DNA of 64,000 bases, taken from assembly GCF_052425735.1 (NCBI RefSeq), contig NC_135760.1, positions 22,444,001 to 22,508,000 of the forward strand, given 5' to 3'. Both the position numbers and the translations under genes were made by a program. The notes beneath the pieces were generated by a model. It ran no database searches, was not told the origin of the DNA, and was given only the letters and a program-made list of their open reading frames with translations. Every line of letters begins with the position of its first letter. Position 1 is the first letter of the stretch. Below, one piece after another: positions 50,801 through 63,343 of the stretch. The stretch comes from Oculina patagonica. Lineage: Eukaryota.

Positions 50801-53800
50801 GCAACAATTATTCACTTTTTGAAGTCTACTTAATACCTTTTAAGCTGCTTTCTTTCGCTTAATTTGTCTTCCGTTCCGCCCGCTATTTTGTGTCACGTGC
50901 AAACGTCTTTGCACCCAAAATTTGAAGCTTTTTTTAAATTTCAAACAGAGACACCAGTTACAGGTTACAATTTTCGAAAACAAAATTTGAAGTTGCTGAA
51001 GTTGGGCCTAAATTCTCCCAGATAACGATTCCAGGTTTTGTATCGATCGAAGTAATAAGGCTAGGAGGCATACGCAAAGGAAACAAAAAGAAGGGAAAAA
51101 AGGCTAATTTATTGTTCCGGAAGATTTACATCTAAGACGCGTGTGAAAGATTCGATTTACTCTCGGAAGAAAACAAGGTCTGCTATTGTCTGTCCACATC
51201 ACTGCAGAGAGATTACTGTTAAGTATCTGAAAGTCACGCGTTTACATATATTGATTGTTTGTTTAGAAGCAAGTGACGATGTCTGTTTAGAAGTAGACAG
51301 GCGGTTAAGTCTTTAAACAATGTAAATTTGGAAGTAGAGACGGATTATCTGTCAAAGAAGATATGTTACTAGACGAATCAAGCGCGTAGACGGATTATAC
51401 GCCCGCTTTTAGTCTAAAAAAAGACCTATATATAATTGGTCTCTATTGTCAACTATTAAAACAGTTTCAAACGCTCACAGAGTAAGAGTTCAATGAAATT
51501 CCTACAGCATAAAGTTGCTAAAATGCGGCGAACATTAAGCTGCGATAGTGGAAAATTGGTGCTACCGAGAATCTACGGTGGTGACCTGAATATTCCAATT
51601 ACAGGGATGAATTCGTCAAGCCCAAGGGAAGAAAAGGATAAGAAGAAAAATATGGCCCAAGGACGGTTGATTCGCGGCAATACTAGGGATAAACTGCAAG
51701 TTAAAATCAACGAACCTGTTGATATACCAAAGCTAACATTGCCTCCGATTCCACTGAGAAATGGCCCAGTGAACAACGAAGAAAACAAAAGAAGGCGAAG
51801 AATACATTGCTACGATTTTTCCCTTCAAGTTCAACGAGTTATACCTGAACAAGGTAAATCAAAGAAGTCGTCAACATCAACAACTGGTTACCAGGGCTTG
51901 GACGTTCCTGCCAAACGACTGCCTTATGTCATGTACGATCAAAATTACGCAGGATACAGCAGAGGCGAGAAATCCGATTTGAGAGACAAGAGAAACTTTC
52001 TGCCGCTTCCATGTGGGATTCTGCAGGGACAGCGAATAAATTTACTTGAGAAAGAGCAGTTAAATAAACAGCGGAAACGTTATAAGCCTTCAGAGGCCGC
52101 ACGCCGTAAGAAACACCAAGGACAGCCTCTTATGTGGTTCTTTTAAAGCCCGGGATACAGACACGCGCCCCGGTGGTATTTCACCTTCCAAAGGCTGATA
52201 AATCCCGTATCAGACCTAGAAATAATAGCAACGGAAAACTGAAGCTTGTTCGGTGATGAGAACTTCGTGTGCCATTGGCGCGATTGAAAACCGAGTTGTA
52301 TCTCATTTTCTTTAACTCCACCACGTGTTATAAACTTGTGAACTCTTCATTTGGTAAACCAAAAAACTAATGAATATTTTTAAATAGCTGTAAATAGCTG
52401 CCTAGTCCACCCTCCACCAGGTAGAATTCGGAATACATTTATGTTCTTCACAACTGGAAAGATTATGTTTCCTTACAAATTCATGTTCTATGAGCAATAT
52501 TTGTTTCTTAATTTACAGTGTCTTCAATCTACTCCAGGGCCTTGAGTACGTCTACTCTCATAAAATTTATTTATTTTGTTTTAATTTATTTTTGTAGCTA
52601 AGCAACAACAGTTGTCATGGCGACAAAGCTGACATCACGAGCCTTTGGAATGCTCGTGTTTTTTTGGATGATGCGAATATTGAATTTTTCCTTCGCTTGT
52701 AAAATAGGAATTTTCCAAAACTGAAACGTGGCGCTTCTATTTCCGTGGGCGTTTCCTCAGGATGACGCGAAATGGTGTCTTGCACCTTCTCAAACATTAG
52801 TTCAGTAGTCTGATCAATATCCATTTTCTCTATTAAGTGTAACTGAAAATGATCTTTGCAGTTATGAGGCTTCTTCAGCAGTCGAAAAAAGTCAAAGAGA
52901 TGCGAAATCACGATCTTTGCAAATACCAGTGCAAAATGCTCAACTGACAAAATTATGAAGCCGCCGGGACAGGGAGCCTAGAACGCTATCTTGTTTTCAT
53001 TCGAAATATCCACGCTCAAATTAGCGGAAGATACAAAGCAGCGACCAATGCATTTCTACTTGATATTTTCACGTCGCGCTTCGCCTAACGAACTAACGCT
53101 GAAATATAGTCTTCTTGACAGTCTTTTATGGGGTTTGAGCAAAACTAATAAATGGACTGTTTACCAGCCTTTTGGGTGTATGTGAGCTAGTGAGCTTTTA
53201 TGTGCAGTTATAAATTTATATGAATATAAATGAACTAAATAATTTTTAATTCCCTTGTACATACTGCCACAACAAGTTGTAAATAAAACAAGTAAACTGT
53301 GGGTAAGCATGCAACACGAGTAAAAAGTGTTCTTGAATAGTTGCTGAGAAAATCCAGGAATTTTGCAAATACACGCGCGAACGCAGAACGTACCAACTCA
53401 GCTGTAAAGGTCTGTAAAGCTGTTGAAAACTGGTAAACAGCGAGTTTTCTTCATTTCTACCCGTTTAAAAGACGAGGCAGAGTAAAACCTAACAAAAGCT
53501 GAAAACCTAAGGACAATCGAGCAAGATTAACCCTTTAGTCCCAATATCCACATACAAATTCTCCTGACTGATCTTCATGTACATTTTGTTAGAGTATTAG
53601 TTGGGAAAATTTGTTAAAAGATCGAGTCAATTTCCCATTGTCACGGTATATTAAGTCATTTTTCTGATTCCTTTCAAACTGAAGGAAACCTCAAAAGAAT
53701 AGTTTTCTTACATAGAAAAACAACAAAGGAGTAATGAAAAGGTGAAAATAACCAAGAATGGTTTCCACTAATAAAGATTAAGACAAATCTCGAACGAAAA

Positions 53801-56800
53801 ATTTGAAAAACGTGGCCAATTTTTTCAAAATGTGTTGTCCGTGACGTAGCTCCTTTAATTCTCTTAACCTTTTCTCTTGTTTATGTATTGATAACGTGAT
53901 GAGAAATTTGATTTTGGTCACTCTTAGGACCAAGAGAGGATGCATTCTCTCTTTTAAGGGTCGAGTGTCTCTTTACTGAAGCTATTGTGGCAAAGGAAAG
54001 AGGAAAAATGGCAACGAAAAACCCCGAATAACTCTATGCTGTTTCCAAAAGATGGAGTTTCAATTTCCCTTTTTGTGATGGAAGTAAGCGCCCGCAAAAT
54101 ATGGGAAGATCAAACTAGATTAAAGCGGATTTTTTAAAGAATACGAGAATTTGTAAAGAAATGCGGCGTTTTAGCGGTGGTTCGGTAAATATCAAAGGAG
54201 CATTGTCACCAAGATTTTGTGCTCTCTCGTCAGGGGGGATACAGGGGGGGGGGGTTGGAAAGGGTTGATATCCACCCCCCCATTTTCAGTAAAAAAAATT
54301 CGAAATGTCACTTTATTTGAAATAGAAAATAAATAAAGAAAGAAAAATTAGCTCTCGCTCATGTCTGGTTGTTGTTACGCCACGTTTCGCCATCTGCCGT
54401 CACTTAGGGTGGGAGGGAGAGTTAGGGTTAGGCCCTAGTGGTCTGCCATCCACCCCTCCTTTGAAATCCTGGATCCGCTCCTGCTCGTGATACAACCCCT
54501 TTAATTGTTTAGCAGAAAACTGAGATGACAAAAACGGAAATAATTAATTAGGGGATATAGTCTTCGCTTAACACCAATTAGAACAATCAAAACTAACATT
54601 GAAAGAAATGTATTACAGTCTGTAAGGAGGATTACAGTGTAATACTTCGAGCATAAGACTGATGGAAGTTAAGAGATGGGGCTGTTTATCATCCTTCTTT
54701 CAAAACCAGGAGTCGACAAAAAATTGAAACAACATGTTATAACTTAAATTTTGCAAATTAACAACAAACCTCTTTCTGTATTTGGGACTCCTATGTTCTC
54801 TGTTGGTATGGAAGGATCTTCTGTTTCACTGTAATACACGATGTGCTTGGCGTGTTGGCCAACAGTTTTCTGTACAATGGGAACTGTAAGGAAAAAACCT
54901 TGGTTGATGCTAGCCATTGTTTAAAGTTTGCAAATGTCTTTATAACTTGACTTGGGGGAGAAAGAGTATGAAGTGAAACTATCTGCGCAGTTGAGACTCG
55001 CTTACGCTTTTGACGAATTTTTGACACTTTTTCGACGACTCAATTAACCAAATAGCTAAAAGGTGAATGTGAAGCACGTTTGTTCGTTATGTAGGAGTAA
55101 AACTAGTTTAAAACTAAGTCGCGTTGGTAACGTTTTTACTTGAAACCTCGACTACAACAAAATTACCGCAAAATTCCACCGATGATATGCCCTGAGCTTA
55201 TCAAATTTGTTCAAAAGCTTTTTTGTGGGCTAATTTTTGGGGATGGGCTCCTTTTTGATGGGGCTTATTATCGAAAGGAATTCTGCGTTTTGAAAATTTA
55301 CTTGCAAGAGCTTGATGGTCTGAAACATGACTGTAAATAAGATACTGTTAGGGCTTCTGTTTTTTTTACTACTGTATGTTAAAAACGTTGAAACTCTGCC
55401 GATGTGTAACACTGAAAACAAGTTCTACAATCATCACATGAACAGTAAACGTCTGTGAAATATTGTAATGACATAAAAAGAAACAAACAAAGAAAACAGT
55501 AAAGGGCTTTATGTAAGCCCATGGCTTATATTTGGGAGGATTATAAGGACTTCTGTGTCTGAGATTTGGTGAGGGAGCTTATCTTCGAGCGGGCTTACTT
55601 TAGGAAAGGGCGCTTCTATTAGGTTACGATATGTATGAAGTATACCTCGATCCTTGTGGTACTTCTTTGTAGTCTTGACAGCAAAGAAAATGTTGTCTAC
55701 AGATAGCTCACCCTGCGAAAAAATAAAACAAATTGATTAGCAATGCAGTGCGAAAAAGCAATCTTAAATCTGGTAATCTTCTTTCTACAAAAGGAGATTC
55801 CAGTTGTCATCATGTTCTAATATAATTGTGTTACCGTGAACTGCTAATAAGAAAAATTCTTTGTTCCTTGAATTAAAAGGTGGAGTGTTGAATAACTGGT
55901 AAATTGCAAAGTTTTAAATGTGTGCGCAGGAAAAGCTCACATTTGCGTAGATGTTTGTAAACAGAGTTTGTTTTTTCTTGGTTTCACTTTAAGGTGAAAA
56001 CTATGGCAAACTATGGTTGAAAGTCAGTTTTTTAAATTTCTTTCTTCAAGTGATAATCACCAATGTAAAAAAAAATAGTTAATTAACAACTTCTTCGATC
56101 ATTCTTCTAGCCCTACCCCTCTCCCTGCATAAATCGAATTTTTACTGAACTCACGCAATCAGGGCCTCCACTTTTCAAAGACGTCACGCATTCCTGCTTG
56201 TCCGTTGGTTCGCTAGTGCAGAACTCGGGTACATCAGTGAGTAGCGTGCCTTGGCCCTCGTCGCGAATGAACATTGCAACCTGCAAGAAAACGAAGTTTT
56301 CTGACATGTAAAAAGTGAGTTGTGGTAGACATGGTAGTGATAGTCTAATGATTTGCGCTTTTTATTTTGTATTTTTTTTTTTTGTTTGTGGGGTGTTGTA
56401 CTCCGGATCGAGCGGTCTGGGTTCAAGGAATGGGCGGGGTCACCGTGTCGTGTTCCCGCTTTTTCCCGCTTGGGTAAGACACTTCACTCTCACAGTGCAT
56501 CTCTCCACCCTAGAGTATAATGGGTACCTAGGAAAATTCTCCGGCTTAAAAGCACCCCAAGGAGTTCCGATTTTTTCAGCTAGTCGCCAACAACCACCCT
56601 GCCGAAAACCGCGGGCTCAAAGACGCCACCCAAAAGATAAGATAGCCTGCAAGCATGCTCTCTTCCGAGGCAAGCGCGAGCGAAGCGGTTAGATAAGAGA
56701 TAAGGAAGGAGTTTGAAAATGAAAAAAAAAGAACTTTAGTTAACGTTATTGTTCTTAATCTCTTAAATTGGAAGCAAGAATACAAAAAATGACAGAAGTA

Positions 56801-59800
56801 AGCAACTGAAATACTGTGATATTTGTGCTTAGCCTATTAAAACCCCAGTGTTTTCAAAACTAAAAGGTTTTTGATTTTCAAAGTTTCGTAAAAAATTTAG
56901 CCGATTATTAACGCAAAAAGGTTCCTATGCTTTTTCCACGTCCTTTATGCACTGACGCGCTAATAAACAATGATTTCTTGTTATTTGTAAGAGTGGAATT
57001 CGAAATCTTATTGCTCAAGTCGGTCTTTGCTAAATTCGGCGAATGGTAAAAGAAAATTATCGTGTTTATGTTCCTCAGTGTATTTGTGAAACAAAGTCCG
57101 TAAATATTTTTTCTACGTTCTTTGATATTTGACTACCACCGACATGCAATAACACAAGCAAAGCTGCAATTGTTCACGATGGTGCGATTTCTCCGTGCCC
57201 TTAGCACGTTTGCCACAAAAATGGCCAATGAAACAGCGTAGATTTCGATCCGCTTGCAAATTAGGCACCACAAATTTTCCCATAAATTGCGAGACCGACA
57301 AAATTTCTGCACGTAGAACAACTTCAAGCCGGTTCAGAAGAGAAACATAGAAGATGCCGCCAAAAGGTTCTGGAAAGAAGAAAGAGGAGAAGGCTGCAGC
57401 AGGAAAAGTCAAGAGCGGCGGCGGCGACAAAGGAAAGCGAAGCAGGAGACGAAGAGAAAGCTACTTCATCTACATTTACAAAGTTCTGAAGCAAGTTCAT
57501 CCCGACACCGGCATCTCAGGCAAGGCCATGAGCATTATGAACTCGTTCGTCAACGACATCTTCGAGCGAATTGCAACAGAAGCTTCTCGACTCGCTTCGT
57601 ACAACAAGAAGTCGACCATTAGTTCCCGCGAAATTCAGACCGCGATACGACTGCTTCTACCCGGTGAATTGGCCAAACACGCCGTCAGTGAAGGCACCAA
57701 GGCCGTGACGAAGTACACAAGCAACAAGTAGACGAAATGAAAACAATTGGACGACTTTTTGACTTCGAGAAGTACGCAAAAACAAAACGACTCGACTTGA
57801 CTACTGAGACGGCGCTACATGGAAGCAGTTGGAACACTTTTTGACTGAGAAGTACGCAAAAGAATAACGACTCGACACGACTTGACTGAGGTAAAAGGAA
57901 CTTGTTTTCTCTCTTCAACAACATTTAATTTTTTCGCTGAATTCACGTGTAATTGTACGACATTATGATATGAAACACAGTTGAAAGACTTTGTATTTTC
58001 ACTCGACATGTATGAACATTGACGGTAAACTGGACAAGGACGTTGGGTTTCTCTTCTTACGAACAGGAAGGACAGTTTATTTTCTCGTTGAATTTACATG
58101 TAATATAATTATTGTACATATTGTAAAGATTTAAATTGTTACCTCGTGTTGTACATCGATGGTGAAGTCCGACTTGGGAGGATCGGCTTGAAGTCTTTTA
58201 CCCAGTCTGTTAAAAAGAAAGTAAGTATGTAAGATATTGAAGGATGTAAATTGTTTCTTTTATTTGTGATTATTTTCCGTTTATTTTAAAGATTCATTAT
58301 AGTTATTTTTCTGTACATAGAATTGTAAATAATTAAATTAAATGATTAGTAAACCAAATGAATGAGTAGTGTCTTGTTTATCAGGGAAGCCGCTCAAAAG
58401 CGCGCGCGATACCGTTCCCTTCCGTTCCGTTCCCGTTTTTTTTTTCCCGTTTTCGTTTCGATAACGTTCCCTTTGCATTTGTTCAACATTTTTTTCCGAC
58501 CTGCGTATTACCTTCCGTGTTGCGAGTGCGGCGACATGTTGCGCGAAGTAGACATGAGTTCAACTTTGAGCAACCTAAAATACGCGCAACAACAGTTTAC
58601 AACTTGCAATGCATGTTACACCACACGTACCCACAACACGAAGGTCTTTTTAGGCGCCAATGACGGGATTTTGCATTCCAAGGAAGCGCCTGTCCTCTGC
58701 AGTTTTGATTGTTTTTACATTTGTTTTCACAAAGCCAACGACTGTAAAGACTATTTGTTAAGTTTCTATTCTAATATCTTCTCTCTATAAACTCCTTTTT
58801 TTCTCACACTTTCTAAATAAAAAGGTAGAAAATTCAAAATAGGCTTTTTTGTATCAGAACTCGGGGTAAAATAGATCCGACTTTTGGCGGGCAAACGTTT
58901 GTAAGCCAAATCACTTTTTTTCGCAGCCGATTGGTTAAGAAAACAGCATACTTTTTGTGATGCACGATGCACGATTTTATTAACCAATTAGAGAGCCAGG
59001 AGCCCATTGGAGAGCTCAGTAATGGAAACCAAAGTAAACGGTGCAAGCGTTTGGGGAATTGAAAAAAGTGTATAAACAGTCTTGCAATAGAGTTTAACTT
59101 TTTATTACTTTTCTAGCAAACTTCGCACACAGTTTATGATGACAAGCATGTTGTACAAAGCCTTAATACTAAATTATTCTTCTCCGTGCTTGAAAAGTTG
59201 CTTTAAGAAATGTTTTTTGTGCAAAAATTAACAACTTTAATTCCCCAGATCAAAAAAGACACACGAATGAAATAAAGGTTGGTCTGTTTCTTCAATGCTT
59301 CCAGTCCCTTTTAAATACAATTACTCGGCTTATATCTACAACGTAAATAGCAAGCGCAATCACTTTCCGTTGGTTGGCTGATTTTGAAAATAAAAAACTT
59401 TGCCATTCTTTAAAGGCAACTCGAACTGGGCTTTCATCAAATGGCGAGCATCGGATCTCTCGTACTCAAGCCCTGAGTTATATCCTCGTGTTGCATTCTT
59501 AAGCAAGAAACTTCCACTGCGATGGGCAAGCCCCAACAGGAGAAGAAGTACTAGTTCAAGTTTCTTGATCTTGTGCCATGGGAATAACGGCTAAAGGACC
59601 CTAGTCAGGCTCCGCCATTTTCAATGTCATCAAAATTTTGAAAATTGTTCGGTGAAGCGGAATCTTATTGCATTGCTGTAAGTTGTGTTACTGGAAGTCT
59701 GGTTCATTACCTTTTAATTAACAGTTTTACAATGATCTCTTTCATTAAGACACGCTCCCTGTAAAATATAATACCGAAACTCTCGTTTGTAAACAAAAAC

Positions 59801-62800
59801 AAAGGCGTGCCTGACTAGGGTCCTTTTAGTATATGGCCTCATAAATCACTATGGTTGAGTCCTAACTTCTTTCATTGGAGAAAAATTTAATGTTAGTTAG
59901 TAACTAAAAAATTTAACAGGTGTAAGCAGCAAGAACAAAAGATCGTTTCTGGAATCCTTGCACTATTAGCTTTCTTGGACAAAAACTCTGTAAATGAAAG
60001 GGCGCCCTTCCCAAGGGTTTACGCATCACTGGTTGCCTCCCTAGGGGGCAGCAAACAATATCGTCCCAGCTTATTAGAATTCTGTGAATCTCGTGAAATC
60101 GTCATTTCCTGAAGAAGACTGCAGAAGGCGGTCAAAAATTTAGAGACAATTTAACTTTTTTAGATCTGTTTTAAACGTTTTTAAATTTCTAACTATGAAC
60201 ACAGATCGCTCCAACATTTTTATAAAAAATTAAGGGGAGTTTACTTAGTTGTTGTAACTTGCCTGTTTAGCAATGGGACAGACAAAGCCCAGCCAGCTGC
60301 AAAATCAGGAAATGAAAACTGAGATGGATCCTGATAGAAAGCAAAGTGATGAATGATTGCTGCCTGTTGATCTTGTATTGCATGTCCAAGAAACAGCTCC
60401 TGATGATGAATAACAAAGAATAAACTATGAGTTTAAAATGTAAGAATGATTCATTTTTTTCCTTAAAAAACAAAACAAATACTATAGAACGAAAGGTTGA
60501 TTAAGACCAAGATGGACCAGTTCAGGAGAAAGAGTAGCACCTAGAAAAAACCCTCATTAAATTTCCTCTTTATTTGTGGGGGCAGAGAATGTGGGGTGGG
60601 GGGGGGGGGTGGAAGGAGAGGGGAGAGGGGAGAAAGGTGAGGGGAGAGGGGAGAGGGCAGAGGGCAGATAACCCCTTCTTGTTGCAGTTTTTCAAAGGCT
60701 ACTACAGGTGTATACCAGAACTTTCACTTAAATTTCTTCATAAAACCTTTCTCTCTCTTTCTTGCATTTTAATAATTTTCCTTGGTAGAATTTTGGTTCA
60801 AAATCAAGATGCCTTCCAGAGATGAAAAGGTCGTCAATCATGTCTGACTTCAGGCGCGTAGGAGGCGGGGTTCGAGGGGTTCGAACGCACCCCCTTTGGA
60901 GGTCAATAATGGAGGAATGAAAACACAATTGTTGATTTTCAGCTTTTGGCAAATAGTGGGGGAATGAAAAACAAACTTTGAATGTTGCAGCTTTTAAATT
61001 AACCTGCACGAAACCGGTAAAAGTATCGGGGAAGTATTACATTGTTAAGAGAAAGGGCTCTCCCCTCTTTCTCAAGCATATTAAGTATGATACACCTGTT
61101 GATCTGGACGAAATTGTCAATCTATTTCAAGGCCTCCACCCGAGGATGATGCAATTGTTAAGTTTGCTTTACGAATAGTCCTGTAGTGAATGAGTAAGTA
61201 AGTGGCCTCAATATATCCTAGTGACCTAGTATTATATGTAGTCAAAATAATCCCGTCGTTGAAAAAGATTTCCTTAACAAGCGTTCGGGATTTGATAAAT
61301 GGAACATCAATAGACGAAAGGCGGGGGAACACAACTTCGGGGGACCCAGGTGATAGTTGTATTTAGTGCATATTGACGCTTTGACGCTGCTTTTAGTACA
61401 TTGACGGTGGAGCCGGGGGCTGGGGGCTTAAGCTTTTTACCCTGAGATGCCTTTGCAGCACACATCAAGCTTTTGTAAAACGTTTAGTGTACTAAGCCGG
61501 TTTGTATGTATGAATGTATCAAGTTAACAAAACGCCGGAAATATTGTTGTTATGACTAAAAATACCTGTTATTTTACACTCCATCGAGTTTGAAATATTG
61601 ACGTGCACAATGCTGAAAATAGCATTTCCGGGCCTCTAGATTTCAAAATATTCTGGGGGATAAGCTACCAGACCCCCCTGGAGGCTCGCGCCTTTGGCGC
61701 TCGTATTTAATAACCCCCTTATAAATATTCCTGTCAATACGAACACCCTTCCAAAAACCCCAGCTACGCGCCTGGACTTTGACCACTCTTCTCAAACTGT
61801 AAATTGGCAATAAATCAATGGCCAATGTCATAGGCATGCAATGCATGCAGAGAGCTCTTTTGTTAGTAACGAGAATGAATTATAATTATAAATTTCATTG
61901 ACATCGCTACAGGGCTCTCTGCAAGCATTGCATGCCTAAGACGTTAGCCAATGATTTATTGAAAATTTACAGTTTGAAAAGAGTGGTCAGAGTTAAATAT
62001 GTATTTATTTAACAAATTTTGAAAGCTAATGTCATCATTCTTCAGTTAGACAAAAGTTATTGACAACATTTTTTTTACAACACACCTTTCTTGCATCAAA
62101 TTTATTTAAAACTTGTACAAGTCCTGGCAGGTTGATGATGGTCTTGTCTTCACAGAAAAATATCCATCTCTTGTTGTCACCATAATCTTCAACCAAGCTA
62201 CAAATATAAAATGTCATTCGTTTCTTAAAGTCCCACCTTCAACTGATATTCTTTGCAACCTTTCATTTTTGTTTTGAAAAGCTTGCTCTTGTCCCAAAAC
62301 ACTTAAAACTGGAAAATTACTAATACAAATTGATGGTAAAAGGGTGAATGAGGGCCTTTAAGAAAAACATGCAAAAAAGCCCATATCATGTTACAGCAAG
62401 GCGCCCAAAAGTGTGACCACTTTTAATTTATTCACATTCTTTCGTGCAGATTTAATCCAATCAAAAGTCGTGGATAGCTTGCAGTTGACTTCTGATTGGA
62501 TTAAATCTGCACGAAAGAATGTGAATAAATTAAAAGTGGTCACACTTTTGGGCGCCTTGCTGTAAATTATTTCTTGTATGCACTGGAAAGTCCTTCTTCG
62601 TACAATACAGAATGTTTAAAGGTATGTTTGTATACACAGTAGTATATTAAATGAAACTCAGAACTTAAATCTTACCTGTTTATAATGGGAAGAATTGTCC
62701 ATGCACCCAGTGGTGCCCAATCCTCATGCATCATCTTAAGTTCTAAGTGACCCTAACAAAATTAACATGAATGGAATACATCGGTTCTGTAATGGTACAT

Positions 62801-63343
62801 GTATTTGATGCACTACATGTACTTTACAATGAATTTTCCATTAGAGACTCTTATCTAAACTGGGTTTTTATGGCCCTTGCATAGCCAGTGCTTGAAAAAA
62901 GAGCTGCCTAGTTGTCAAGAGCAGCTGGTAGATTTTTCTGCCAGGCAAGTAACTTTTCATTCTCAGTTTCTCACTTGCCCAATGGGAAAGGGCCCAAGCA
63001 CGTCATCTGCTAACTAAATTATAAAAAGTAAACTAAGACTAGCATGGAGCTGTTCCGGGCAAGCAAAATTTTAGGGCTGTTTATCCGAAGGGCGCGCTGT
63101 AACTTATAGTAATAGTTATAGTGCATTGAACTGTGAATCCAGCAGTACAGATTTGGCCCTGATTGTTCATGTTTTGGAACAAGATAGTTAAGTTTTGCAT
63201 GTCCTCTCTCCACTTTTATAAACTTTATACCTTTTCTCCCATTGCTTCTGCCTGTTCAGTGAGGGCTTGCCTAAGAGCTTTTGCTTTCTTCACATGAAAT
63301 GCATTGTGTTGACTTCTAACAATTATTACTATATCCTTTAATC
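44832..63343 (-). CDS. B3GLCT: Beta-1,3-glucosyltransferase (Fringe-like GT31), 12 exons visible; 5' end lies beyond the right edge
   Basis: Exons 63343-63231, 62752-62676, 62197-62086, 60399-60263, 58206-58143, 56280-56155, 55712-55646, 54883-54770, 48747-48645, 47728-47606, 45950-45806 and 44942-44832 splice in phase. Peptides [59 protein letters not shown] and SFHKH match B3GLCT. Confidence 0.93.
45657..45707. repeat. Perfect 23-bp hairpin in the last B3GLCT intron
   Basis: ACCCGTTAAATTGGATCCGACAG-GAGTT-CTGTCGGATCCAATTTAACGGGT. Confidence 0.85.
51493..52146 (+). CDS. Uncharacterised basic, probably disordered 217-aa protein, nested antisense in a B3GLCT intron
   Basis: 654-nt non-repetitive ORF in AT-rich DNA; TATA-like TATATATAA near 51426; no domain recognised. 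Confidence 0.6.
   Translation: MKFLQHKVAKMRRTLSCDSGKLVLPRIYGGDLNIPITGMNSSSPREEKDKKKNMAQGRLIRGNTRDKLQVKINEPVDIPKLTLPPIPLRNGPVNNEENKRRRRIHCYDFSLQVQRVIPEQGKSKKSSTSTTGYQGLDVPAKRLPYVMYDQNYAGYSRGEKSDLRDKRNFLPLPCGILQGQRINLLEKEQLNKQRKRYKPSEAARRKKHQGQPLMWFF
52615..52824 (-). CDS. Possible 69-aa orphan ORF convergent with the 217-aa ORF
   Basis: AAAATGG start context, possible acceptor just upstream, AATAAA signals 30-50 nt after the stop; no homology recognised. Confidence 0.3.
   Translation of the reverse strand: MDIDQTTELMFEKVQDTISRHPEETPTEIEAPRFSFGKFLFYKRRKNSIFASSKKTRAFQRLVMSALSP
54231..54483. mobile_element. hAT-like MITE with a 5-bp TSD
   Basis: CAGGGGGGATACAGG / CCTGGATCCGCTCCTG; CTCGT on both flanks. 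Confidence 0.65.
57354..57731 (+). CDS. H2B: Histone H2B, solitary variant-type gene nested antisense in a B3GLCT intron
   Basis: Canonical histone fold [15 protein letters not shown]...[22 protein letters not shown]; CCAAT near 57225; no other histone genes nearby. Confidence 0.97.
   Translation: MPPKGSGKKKEEKAAAGKVKSGGGDKGKRSRRRRESYFIYIYKVLKQVHPDTGISGKAMSIMNSFVNDIFERIATEASRLASYNKKSTISSREIQTAIRLLLPGELAKHAVSEGTKAVTKYTSNK
59593..59826. mobile_element. Small MITE
   Basis: Perfect 18-bp inverted repeat AAAGGACCCTAGTCAGGC / GCCTGACTAGGGTCCTTT. Confidence 0.55.
60851..61774 (+). mobile_element. Internally deleted hAT transposon with a 5-bp TSD and a transposase C-terminal remnant
   Basis: TIRs CAGGCGCGTAG / CTACGCGCCTG; GACTT on both flanks; the peptide [27 protein letters not shown] resembles the end of hAT dimerisation domains. 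Confidence 0.75.
62394..62562. mobile_element. Palindromic Tc1/mariner-type MITE
   Basis: TA flanks; ~76-bp near-perfect arms starting CAGCAAGGCGCCCAAAAGTGTGACCAC; 17-nt spacer. Confidence 0.8.

Noticed and set aside
57113-57430. Divergent ORF upstream of H2B as a possible H2A partner
   Set aside because: No histone similarity; it is promoter sequence plus the antisense of H2B.
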